From an uncultured Rivularia sp. (GTDB taxonomy: Bacteria; Cyanobacteriota; Cyanobacteriia; Cyanobacteriales; Nostocaceae), in the NCBI GenBank assembly GCA_963665115.1, contig OY762007.1, positions 1,120,001 to 1,184,000 of the forward strand: 64,000 nucleotides of DNA, in the 5' to 3' direction. Both the position numbers and the translations under genes were made by a program. Positions 12,301 through 21,651 of the stretch are shown in pieces. The notes beneath the pieces were generated by a model. That model did no database searches and was not told the DNA's origin. It was given only the letters and a program-made list of their open reading frames with translations. Every line of letters begins with the position of its first letter. The first letter of the stretch is position 1.

Positions 12301-13165
12301 GAGGGATTGCAAATTGGTGAGTTGGACAATTTCTGCTGGTAAACTACTCAGTTGATTGCTGCTGAGGTAGAGGGATTGCAAATTGGTGAGTTGGACAATT
12401 TCTGCTGGTAAACTACTCAGTTGATTGCCACCGAGGTGGAGGGATTGCAAATTGGTGAGTTGGCCAAATTCTGCTGGTAAACTACTCAGTTGATTGCTAC
12501 GAAGGTTGAGGGATTGCAAATTGGTGAGTTGTCCAAATTCTGCTGGTAAACTACTCAGTTGATTGCCCCAGAGGTGGAGGGATTGCAAATTGGTGAGTTG
12601 GACAATTTCTGCTGGTAAACTACTCAGTTGATTGCCCCAGAGGTAGAGGGATTGCAAATTGGTGAGTTGGACAATTTCTGCTGGTAAACTACTCAGTTGA
12701 TTGCCCCAGAGGTGGAGGGATTGCAAATTGGTGAGTTGGACAATTTCTGCTGGTAAACTACTCAGTTGATTCCTGCTGAGGTTGAGGGATTGCAAATTGG
12801 TGAGTTGTCCAAATTCTGCTGGTAAACTACTCAGTTGATTGTTGTAGAGGTCGAGGGATTGCAAATTGGTGAGTTGTCCAATTTCTGCTGGTAAACTACT
12901 CAGTTGATTATCGACTATTTGAAGTTCTTCAAGTTGAGTTAGCTTCCCTATTTCTTTCGGTAATTCACTCAAATTGTTGCCGATATAACCAACTATACGT
13001 CCATTTTCGTCAAGTTCATATTTACCAAGAATCAGCTTTCTGAGTTGAGTTAACTTCCCAATGTCAGCAGGTAAAGCAGTCAACTTGTTACCAGAAAGGG
13101 TCTAATTCCGTCGCTCCCTCTGTTGCTGCTTGTTCGATTACCTGTAGCAATTCTTCCTCAGTCAT
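9393..13165 (-). CDS. LRR-Roc-COR-CHAT protein (prokaryotic Roco GTPase with a C-terminal caspase-like CHAT domain); +1 frameshifts near 13099 and 11104
   Basis: About 12 LRRs. Roc motifs GEGGAGKTS, STEGID, IWDFGGQEIY, KNEK. COR region with LHDLG, KPEW, FMPKG and CNCREC. CHAT motifs LPWE, FHFIGHG, LNCC, VVAMQ. Single-base removals give one continuous ORF (DMQDELLQLMM). Confidence 0.85.
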
Positions 13166-13523
13166 CAGCCAGTACTCAGATATACAATATGTATTAGAGT
13201 TATTTTAATAAAACCTACGCACTTGTGATGTGAATGACTCCTTAAGAGTCGCAAATCAATATGTTTAAAAGAATAAAATAATTATCTGTAACCCAGTCCA
13301 CGCAGGTGGACTTCGCTTGTGTAGTCGCGGTTTAAACCGCCAGATTTCTCCCATCTAAACCAGTCTCAACCGCCAAATTTCTCGTATTTCAACCAAAAGT
13401 CAGAGTTCCATCATCAAAAATCTCACCCTTCCCAATCAATTAACTTCTACCGAAGGAAAGTTATATCTGTTGACGAAAATCAATTAAAAATAGAATGCTA
13501 AATCTACAGGTAGAAAATATTCA

Positions 13524-13952
13524 ATGAAATCAACATTTTTAACCTCAAAGCTTACTAAGATTGGACGTTTCTTAGCTATAGCAATGTTTTGCTTGACTGC
13601 GACATTCGGATTTTTCGCTAATAACCCTGCAATGGCAGCAAACAACCCTACTTTAGCTGCATTTGGTTTGGGTGGTGAAGCTAAAGAGAAAGCAAGCGAA
13701 GACGCTGCAAACACCAAGGGTTTTATCGAAGACGTAAAAGATCAAGTTAAGCGCACCGCTAAGAATAATGCCGAGCGAGTTGAAGACGCAACAGATGGAA
13801 GCGGCAATTTCTTAGAGCGTAAAGCGAAAAATGACGCACAAACAATTCAAAAACGCGCTAACGAAGATGCAGCACGTACTAAAGAAGCGGTAGATTCTAC
13901 AAAGAATGCTTTTAAAGATGCTGTTAATAATGTGAAAGATACTTTGGATTAA
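13524..13952 (+). CDS. Secreted helical hypothetical protein (LEA/stress-protein-like)
   Basis: Signal peptide ending PAMA; hydrophilic A/K/D/E-rich helical repeats. Confidence 0.7.
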   Translation: MKSTFLTSKLTKIGRFLAIAMFCLTATFGFFANNPAMAANNPTLAAFGLGGEAKEKASEDAANTKGFIEDVKDQVKRTAKNNAERVEDATDGSGNFLERKAKNDAQTIQKRANEDAARTKEAVDSTKNAFKDAVNNVKDTLD

Positions 13953-13971
13953 TTGTTTACCGTATTTTTAC

Positions 13972-14110
13972 AACCTCACCCCGTCCTAACGGACACCCCT
14001 CTCCAAGTTAGCGGAGAAGGGAAGATAGCGAATCATTACACCCCTCTCCTTGATAAGGAGAGGGGAAGGGGGTGAGGTTTTACGCTAAGGAGAGGGGAAG
14101 GGTGAGGTTT
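13972..14110. repeat. CCTCACCCC/CCCCTCTCC...GGAGAGGGG palindromic dispersed element
   Basis: Nested hairpins; near-identical arm at 38076-38137; related sequence at 46293-46425. Confidence 0.75.
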
Positions 14111-14139
14111 TTATCAACAAACTCCGAAAATGACGGAAA

Positions 14140-14643
14140 ATGGTTGAGGTAATTAATTCAACCTTGAGGAGTATTTTCTTAATGTCACTTATATCTCGTT
14201 TAATCTCTATAGTTTGCGTAATTTTTCTAAGCTTAACTAGTATTTTCATTTTTCCTAATCCGACTTTAGCGGTAGGAATTACCGAAAATCATCTTACTTC
14301 TTGTCCAACTTCCCCGAATTGCGTTGTCAGTCAAAATGGTGACGAAAAGCACGCGATTAAGCCGATTCCCTATAATGGCGATCGCGATCGAGCCAAAGAA
14401 ACTTTACTTAAAGTTATTACAGTTGTTCCCCGTACAGAAGTTGTAGAGCAAACTGATAATTATATTCACGCTCTTTCTAAAAGCAGAATTTTTAAGTTTA
14501 CTGACGATGTAGAATTTTACTTTCCTACCGATGAAAACGTAATTCATATTCGTTCGGCATCTCGCGTGGGAGATTCCGATTTAGGAGTTAATAGAAGGCG
14601 GATGGAGCAGATTCGGTTAGCTATGCAGGATTTAAAAGTTTAA
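14140..14643 (+). CDS. DUF1499 family protein
   Basis: CPTSPNCVVS...FKFTDDVEF...RSASRVGDSDLGVNRRR. The true start may be at 14182. Confidence 0.9.
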   Translation: MVEVINSTLRSIFLMSLISRLISIVCVIFLSLTSIFIFPNPTLAVGITENHLTSCPTSPNCVVSQNGDEKHAIKPIPYNGDRDRAKETLLKVITVVPRTEVVEQTDNYIHALSKSRIFKFTDDVEFYFPTDENVIHIRSASRVGDSDLGVNRRRMEQIRLAMQDLKV

Positions 14644-14693
14644 ATTAATTCTTGTAGTACGGGCATCCCTGCCCGTCCCAGTTATAATTCATA

Positions 14694-14900
14694 TTACTGT
14701 TTATCTTTCGCAGCACAGGGGTTTTTCTTGCCAGCACAAGGATCTTTACTGGCGCAAGGATTCTTACCAGCACAAGGATCTACTTGATCTGTAGTTTCTG
14801 TATCGGTAGTCTTACCAGCGCAAGGATTACTACATCCAACCACAATTCCCAAACTTAACAAAGAAACTGCTGTCAGCGTAGCCAAATAATTAACTTTCAT
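14694..14900 (-). CDS. Small lipoprotein with five [ND]PCA[GSA]K repeats
   Basis: Lipobox IVVG-C; repeats NPCAGK, DPCAGK, NPCASK, DPCAGK, NPCAAK. Confidence 0.8.
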   Translation of the reverse strand: MKVNYLATLTAVSLLSLGIVVGCSNPCAGKTTDTETTDQVDPCAGKNPCASKDPCAGKKNPCAAKDKQ

Positions 14901-14994
14901 TTCTTTTTTCCTTTACTAGTAAATTGTCATCCATTAGTTATACAAGACTAAAGTCTAAATGGATTCATTTTTTTTAAAATAGGGCAACTATAAT

Positions 14995-15600
14995 TTAAAA
15001 ATTTGTTGCCGTACAATTAATTGGGTCAAATTCATAACGCCGCTCGTAGTTAGTTTCCCCATATAAATTAAAACTAACTGTTAGTTCATCACCCATAACT
15101 TCTACGTTATGAATAGCATCAGACGTAAGACTAATAATGTCTCCAGGAGAAAGGATTAATTCCCCTGCTTTTTCAATTCGTTTATCATCTTGATTTACTT
15201 TCTTCCAAAAAGTATTTTTTTCCTCTCCGCTCAAAATAGCAACAACTCCCCAAGTTGCATGATTATGAATTGGCGAAACAGAACCCGGTAGCCAAACTAC
15301 CGTTTGCACCGTCAGGGGAAAATCCGGCTCGTCATAAAGAGTTGTTACCGAGAAACCTGTATCAGGATTTGGCTCTAAATATTCGTAATGCAGCCATTCC
15401 GAGCTATTGAGCAAGCGACGTACTATAGGACGAATTTTTTCAAGTCGCTGTTTATCGTCGCTAATATTTATGAGAATATCTTCTAAATCAGTTAGAAAGC
15501 GAAATAATCGGTAGGGATTTTCTGATAATTCCGTTTCCGTTCTAATTTCGCTAGCTTCACGATGTCCATCGTCTGTTATCAACCAATCTTGATTAGCCAT
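14995..15600 (-). CDS. Cysteine-dioxygenase-like cupin
   Basis: VWLPGSVSPIHNHATWG...GEEKNTFW...DAIHNV...SFNLYG (three-His cupin pattern). Confidence 0.8.
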   Translation of the reverse strand: MANQDWLITDDGHREASEIRTETELSENPYRLFRFLTDLEDILINISDDKQRLEKIRPIVRRLLNSSEWLHYEYLEPNPDTGFSVTTLYDEPDFPLTVQTVVWLPGSVSPIHNHATWGVVAILSGEEKNTFWKKVNQDDKRIEKAGELILSPGDIISLTSDAIHNVEVMGDELTVSFNLYGETNYERRYEFDPINCTATNF

Positions 15601-15847
15601 TCGATTTTGGATTTTAGATTTTAGATTTTATAGTCGTTTAAGATAAAAAATACATGATAGTGGTAATTGGTAACTAGTACAGTACGGCGTAAATAAAGCA
15701 CCCATTTAAAAAGTTTGAAAGCCTTATCATATAATACTTTTTACTTCTTACTTTTGACTTTTTACTTCCGCGCAGCGGTACTAGTAACTGCTCGCTGATA
15801 ATTGATAATTGATAATTGATAATTGATAATTGATAATTGATAATTGA

Positions 15848-16960
15848 TTACTGATGATGGCTTAAATAACAATGACAATCTGGCCTTTCAATTAACGAAC
15901 CAACTAAAGCATTTAAAGCTACAGCTGCTAACAATCCTCCACCAAGGGTTCCCACAGTGGTAATATATTCTACGCTCGAATGCATTAAACGGCGTTTCGC
16001 TGCTGGAGCATGATTAAAGCCGATGGGCATTCCTATAATTAAAGATGGTTTTAACTGTTCTTGCTCTACAAGTTTCAACGCCGAAGTTAATAGCGATGGC
16101 GTATAACCTATTACTAAAATGCAGCCGGGATTTAGCTGTTTTAACTTTTCGAGCAGTTCTTTATCTTGGCAAAACTTTCTTTCCGCTTCATCAACGCTAT
16201 GAATGTGGGGGTCGTCAATTAAAGTCTTGACTTTAGCACCTAAATGTGCAATTCGTGTATGGTCGAGTGCTGCGACAACTGGGGAAACGTCGGCAACAAT
16301 TTCTGTGGCAGCTTTGAGATTATGTCTGGCTGCAACTATTGCATCTTTACTTAATCGGACAAAGTTTACCAAGCTGACATCACCACAAGCAAACACCAGT
16401 TTGGAAAGCAAATCTCTTTCAATTTCGTTTTTCTTTGATAAATCCGGCAATATTTTTTGCAATGACTCGCTAAAATCTTCAGGTTGGACATTATGTGCTG
16501 CATCCAAGCCATCCCAAAGTTGATCTAATTCTTGCAATCCAAAAGCTGATTCTATTTCTACTTTTTTTAATTGTTCTAACGCTTGCAGTTGCGTATCTTG
16601 ACAACTTTTATCCCTTTGCAAAAATTCTTCCAAAGCCGACGCTGTTTGTCGCAATCGCGCTAATTGTTCAGTTACCGAATGATATTGTTGCTGCAATTGG
16701 GAAGACAAAGCATCAAAACTCATTACCTCCGGAGAATCCAACAATTGACGAATATCGTCTAATTGAAAACCCTGAGATTTCAACGCCAAAATTCGCCGCA
16801 ACTGCTGCACGTCAGCATCAGTATACAGACGATAATTACCGGAGGAACGTTGTGCTTCTGGTAGTAACCCCAACTTGTGATAATGCCTAACCATCCTGGG
16901 AGTCAAACCACCGCCAACAGTAAGCGTAAGTTGTTTGATTGTTAGGTGTTTGTTTGCCAT
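15848..16960 (-). CDS. coaR: CoaR-like cobalt-responsive regulator (MerR HTH fused to a precorrin-8X methylmutase-like domain, C-terminal CHC)
   Basis: MerR motif TPRMVRHYHKLGLL...RSSGNYRLY; CbiC-like IIGMPIGF...AKRRL...GGGLLAA; terminal DCHC. Confidence 0.8.
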   Translation of the reverse strand: MANKHLTIKQLTLTVGGGLTPRMVRHYHKLGLLPEAQRSSGNYRLYTDADVQQLRRILALKSQGFQLDDIRQLLDSPEVMSFDALSSQLQQQYHSVTEQLARLRQTASALEEFLQRDKSCQDTQLQALEQLKKVEIESAFGLQELDQLWDGLDAAHNVQPEDFSESLQKILPDLSKKNEIERDLLSKLVFACGDVSLVNFVRLSKDAIVAARHNLKAATEIVADVSPVVAALDHTRIAHLGAKVKTLIDDPHIHSVDEAERKFCQDKELLEKLKQLNPGCILVIGYTPSLLTSALKLVEQEQLKPSLIIGMPIGFNHAPAAKRRLMHSSVEYITTVGTLGGGLLAAVALNALVGSLIERPDCHCYLSHHQ

Positions 16961-17229
16961 TCATGTATTTTAACTGAATTGGGGGATTGGGCATTGGTAA
17001 TTGGTAATTGGTAATTGGTAATTGGTAATTGGTAATTGGGTATTAAGCGTAATTTCCCGGCTAATAGCTGGCATTCCTATGAATAGGACTAAAAAAATTA
17101 TTATAATTAATCTCGAAAAGTATTAGCCCACGTAGGTGGGCTTTGTAAATATAGCCCCAGGCTTATAGCCTGCGGGCTTTTACGCGGATTAAAATACTTC
17201 TCCTAATCCCAATTCTCAATTCCCAATTC

Positions 17230-18904
17230 TCAATTCCCAATTCTTAATGCCCCATTCCCAACACTCAATTCAGCATTAATTTTATCGTATTCAACTTTAC
17301 CGTAATCTAATTTGATTATTCTATCTGCAAGGTGAAAATAATGGTCGTCGTGACTGATAACTAATACTGTTTTATTGCGTTTTTTTAAGTTAACTAATAT
17401 TTCTTTGTAAAAAATGTTTCTAAATATTGGATCTTGATCTGATGCCCATTCATCAAATAGGTAAATCGGACGGTTTTCTAAATAGGCTGTTAATAATGCT
17501 AGACGTTTTCGCTGCCCCTGGGAAAGACTGGTGGTTGATAAATTACCGTTTTCTATTGTTACTTTATGATTGATTTTTAATTGTCTTAGATATTCTTGGG
17601 CTTGTTCGTCTAAAGCTGGTTTATCCATTCCCAACAGTTTTTCAAACAAGTAAAAATCGGAGAAAATTACTGAAAAATGTTGGCGATACCATTCCCGGTT
17701 ATCATCGGTAATGACTTGTTCGTCTAATTTAATTTCTCCATCTTCGGGAATATATAATCCTGTAATTAGTTTGGCTAAAGTAGATTTTCCGCTACCGTTA
17801 CCGCCAACTATAAATACAATTTCTCCCGGTTTAAAGCTGAGATCCATAGGACCTAAACTAAAGCGGTTTTCTTCGTCTTCTCCTGGATATGCATGAACGA
17901 CTTGCTTTAACTCTAATTTTGAAAATGTTTTTGTATCTTTATTCTTTACTTCTAGATAGCTTTCTTTATTCCCAGCTAATATTAAACCCATTCTTTCGAT
18001 TTTCTGTAGTGCTACGGTAGCTTTAGATAAAGCCTGTAACTTATCTAATATGCTCTGCATGGGCAACATTAAATAAGTAACTGTAAGTATATAAGCTGAC
18101 AGAACGCCGGGGGAAATTGGTGCTATTTGGGGTAATACAAATAGCAGCGAACCGACAAGCACGAAAAATAATAAATTTCCCCATCCAGTCGAAACCGAAA
18201 AGGTTAATAAAGCCGCTGAATTTTGGTCGCGACATATCGCCGCACTATGCTGTAATTCGTCTTCAAAAAACTCTTGACGGCGAGCGCTATGAAGTTTAAG
18301 CTCTTTAATCCCTTCGGTTATGGCGCGAAAATGCTTGAGTAAACGATCTTGTTCGTCTCGCGCTGTAATTAGAAAGACTTGCGCTCTGTTAATTAACAGT
18401 TGAATGCTACCGACAGCTATCATTACAAAGCCGACGGTAAAAGTAAATACCGTACTCGATAGGAATGATAAATAAAGCAAACACCCGGCAATAATGGCAA
18501 GATCGACGGCAATAAAAGGAATTGCGTAGACTGTCGCGGTTAGGGTTGCTACATCTTCCGTCAGGGTTGCTAATAGACGCGACGTACCTAACTTTTCTAA
18601 ATGCCGCAGTTGAGCAGATAATATTCCTCGACTCAAACGCAACCGTAATTGATAGACAGCTTCTTGAGAAAGATTGATCAGTAAAACTTGCGAGATAATG
18701 CTGTTAACAACTACTATCAATGCCAAAGTTGGAAACTGCCAAGCCAAGTCGCCGAAATCATTTGACGCTTGAAACCCTCCGCTAATAGCCTGATTTATCA
18801 ACGCAATTAATCGCGCTGTAGTTTCCACCGCTTAGCAAACCCGTGAAAACGGCGATCGCCACTTGCATCCAAGAAGCCTTTAATAAAAGCCAGATTAAAT
18901 TCAT
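17230..18904 (-). CDS. Cyclic-peptide export ABC transporter (SyrD/PvdE/YojI family); +1 frameshift near 18822
   Basis: GIKELKLH, GGNGSGKST, LSQGQRKRLAL, DEWASDQDP, ISHDD. The true start MNLIWLL at 18904 overlaps the upstream stop (ATGA). Confidence 0.9.
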
Positions 18905-19557
18905 TCACTGCACCGAGTCGCTGGTTGTAATTTGGGTTTTAATGCAATTAGTAGCGCTAATTCTAGCCACTTCCAATAACAGTCCACATCTTCAAAGCCA
19001 ATGTTTCGCAACCACTTTAACTGAGTTTCTACGTCTAAAAGCTGGTTGGATGGATCGTCTTCTGATGGTGTTCTACCTATCGCTTTGAGAAACTTTTCAT
19101 GCAAACGAACCGTTGGTGAAGCAACGTGTTCTAAGTTGCAGAAAATACCTCCGGGCTGCAACAAATTAAATATTTCTACATAAAGCGAACGCTTGCGATG
19201 GTGGCTGAGGTGATGTATAGCAAAACTGGAAACAATAGCATCAAAAGTGCCTAACTCAGGTAAAGTTTCATCTAAATTGTGGTCAATAATTTCTATCGTA
19301 GAGTCATCTTGAAAGCGAGTTTTCACCGCTTCTAACATAGTTGGTGAAAAGTCTACGGCGACGCATGATACCGCTGGACGTTCAATTTTTAGTAATGCTA
19401 GCAAGCGTCCATCCCCTGTTCCCAAATCGAGAATACGCTTCACCGTTTTAGGAATTTCCTCCAACAGCACTGCTTCACCTTCAGTACGATGAGGAATATT
19501 ATCCGCTTGTTCTAAGTAGAATAAAGCGTGTTCGGCAGAAGTCCATAGATTAGGCAT
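18901..19557 (-). CDS. Class I SAM-dependent methyltransferase
   Basis: ILDLGTGDG, AVDFSPTML, FDAIVSSFAIHHL, LLQPGG. Confidence 0.9.
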   Translation of the reverse strand: MPNLWTSAEHALFYLEQADNIPHRTEGEAVLLEEIPKTVKRILDLGTGDGRLLALLKIERPAVSCVAVDFSPTMLEAVKTRFQDDSTIEIIDHNLDETLPELGTFDAIVSSFAIHHLSHHRKRSLYVEIFNLLQPGGIFCNLEHVASPTVRLHEKFLKAIGRTPSEDDPSNQLLDVETQLKWLRNIGFEDVDCYWKWLELALLIALKPKLQPATRCSE

Positions 19558-20477
19558 ATAAAAATTACAGAAATTGCGGGCAAGAAAATAATCCTACAAG
19601 AGCCTGCATTATGCTTATTTTACCTTAGTATAGCGTATCAATTTATTTAGTAAAAGCGCGAGCAATTGTATTATTTAAGACTTAATAAACTGTTCTAAAT
19701 ATAAACATCAAAATATATTTTAGTGTTGCGATAATTACTAACAATCTCAGTGTCAATCTGGTAATTTAGCTCTGGTTTGATATTTATAATTTGCCATGAT
19801 TTATTTTAACTTCAATTAAAATATCGCTGTTACAGTAAGCTCACAACCCTAATGATAGTAGTCCTGCTGGCTTGTTTTTTCTATCTTAGACTATAAAAGC
19901 TAAAAGCTTGACACCCAACTAGTTTTAAATAGCATAGTTAATGGAGAAAAATCGTCATTACTTTAGTGCAAGAATTCAAATAGTAGATATATAATATCAA
20001 ACTCAGTAATTTTTCTCTCTTCGCAAAAAATATGAAAATTATTTATACTTTTGAGGTAAACAAGTTACTAAAGTTACTTTTATTACAAAATACTAACGAT
20101 TATTTTTTCTAATTTTATAAATTTATTTGCTCGATATTTTTTAATGTAATGTAATTTTATTTTGCTGGCTTTGTCCTTTGATACCCCGTCGCGATAATTA
20201 TCGGATGCTTCTTATACTCGGTGTAAATCAAAAATTATAAATTTTGAATTGGAATTGGGCATAGGGGATTGAGCATTGGATATAACAACGCACCATGAAA
20301 GCCGTCACATCGTTACTAATGGTCTGTTTCATAAAATATGATAGGTATGTAGTGAGGACTTTAGTCCTAAATCTAAGCGATAAATCGCTTACTACGAACC
20401 TTTTTACCGATCGTAATTAATGTGGTTGAGTACTGGGAACGAACTTTCAGAGGCTCTACCTCAAGTTAATTAAATTA

Positions 20478-21096
20478 ATGACTCATTTTACAGCTTTAGT
20501 TATTTTACCTCCAGATACAAATGATATTCAAGTGAAAGTCGGAGAAACTTCTTCTTCCTTATTATTCAGAGCTAGATGTTGAACCATATAAGGAATATTT
20601 GAACCAAGAAGATTTTCAAAGGGAAATTAAGCAGCTATCAAATTTGCCAAAAGATGAAATTTATCAAATGGCAATAGAATATGAGCTTTTAGGTGAAAAT
20701 ATAATCGAATATTTGGCTAAGATCAATCTCTATTGGGATGAAGAAGATGTAGCTGGTGTTGACGAATATGGGGAATATCAAATAACAACTTATAATCCTC
20801 AAAGTAAATGGGATTGGTATAGATTTATTGAAACAGAACCCAGGGAAAGTGAAACACCTATTAATTATCCGTGTAAAGTAAAAGATTTACCTGATATTGT
20901 TCCCTATGCTCTCATAACTCCCGATGGTAAATGGTATGAATTAGGGTTTGATTTAGGTATACAGGCTTTTATGAGAAATCACTTGAATAGCAATACAAAT
21001 ATTGCTGAAGGAGAAATAAACTGGGAATTGAAAGTTAAAAAAATTATTGCTTTCTATTCAGATTTTCTTGCTGTTGCTTTAAATTGTCATATCTAA
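20478..21096 (+). CDS. Hypothetical protein (MTHF..LVI / NP.SKWDWY / NCHI type); +1 frameshift near 20546
   Basis: ATG at 20478 gives MTHFTALVILPP...; removing one A joins it to the 20599..21096 frame (LLLPYYSELDVEPYKEYLNQE). Confidence 0.7.
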
Positions 21097-21111
21097 AATT
21101 TACTTTTTCTC

Positions 21112-21639
21112 TCAACACTTTATCCCGTAAACAAAAGGCTCCCTTAATCCATAAACAACTTTCTTCCGAATTATTTCCCGTACTCTATAGGAATTAAACA
21201 GCCATTTTAAACTGTGTGAATAAATAAACCATTTATCTTCACTATATTCTATCGGGAAATTAGCTAGACGATCAAACTTTAAAAAACTCAAAGCATCCAT
21301 CATTTTAATAACAATTGGATTAGCACTCGAAGCATATATATGCTTTCGTCTTTCTAAACCTTTTTCTACAGATGCGTAAAATAAAGATTTACCAATTCCT
21401 CTTCCTCTAAATTCTTCTAAAACAAATAAGGCTGCTATTTTACACCATTTCTCATTTAGATCGTAATTTAAGCAGACTCCCGCTAAGTTACCATTTTCAT
21501 CTTCAGCAGCCACAATGTTTTTAGCTGTCAACCATTCTTTCAAGGTATAGCCCATGATGTATGGTGTTTTTTTGATTCTTTGAATTAGTAATTTAGCTTC
21601 AGCTTCACTTATTTGCCTTTGGATTATTCGGAAAATCAT
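21112..21639 (-). CDS. GNAT acetyltransferase
   Basis: IAALFVLEEFRGRGIGKSL (motif A). Confidence 0.85.
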   Translation of the reverse strand: MIFRIIQRQISEAEAKLLIQRIKKTPYIMGYTLKEWLTAKNIVAAEDENGNLAGVCLNYDLNEKWCKIAALFVLEEFRGRGIGKSLFYASVEKGLERRKHIYASSANPIVIKMMDALSFLKFDRLANFPIEYSEDKWFIYSHSLKWLFNSYRVREIIRKKVVYGLREPFVYGIKC

Positions 21640-21651
21640 TCGTAAGTCCTG

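Noticed and set aside
7300..12900. Regular 69-nt repeats with short variable segments resembling a CRISPR array
   Set aside because: They are in-frame LRR coding repeats; the variable parts are only a few codons and no cas genes are present.
16045..16890. Antisense shadow ORFs within coaR, and similar ones in thiE, the peroxidase, aroF, trpD and the MFS gene
   Set aside because: They fully overlap well-supported genes and show no recognisable motifs.
19907..19940. TTGACA with a 19-nt spacer as a MerR/CoaR-type promoter
   Set aside because: The -10 element is weak, the dyad (AACTAGTT) is short, and no adjacent target gene is evident.
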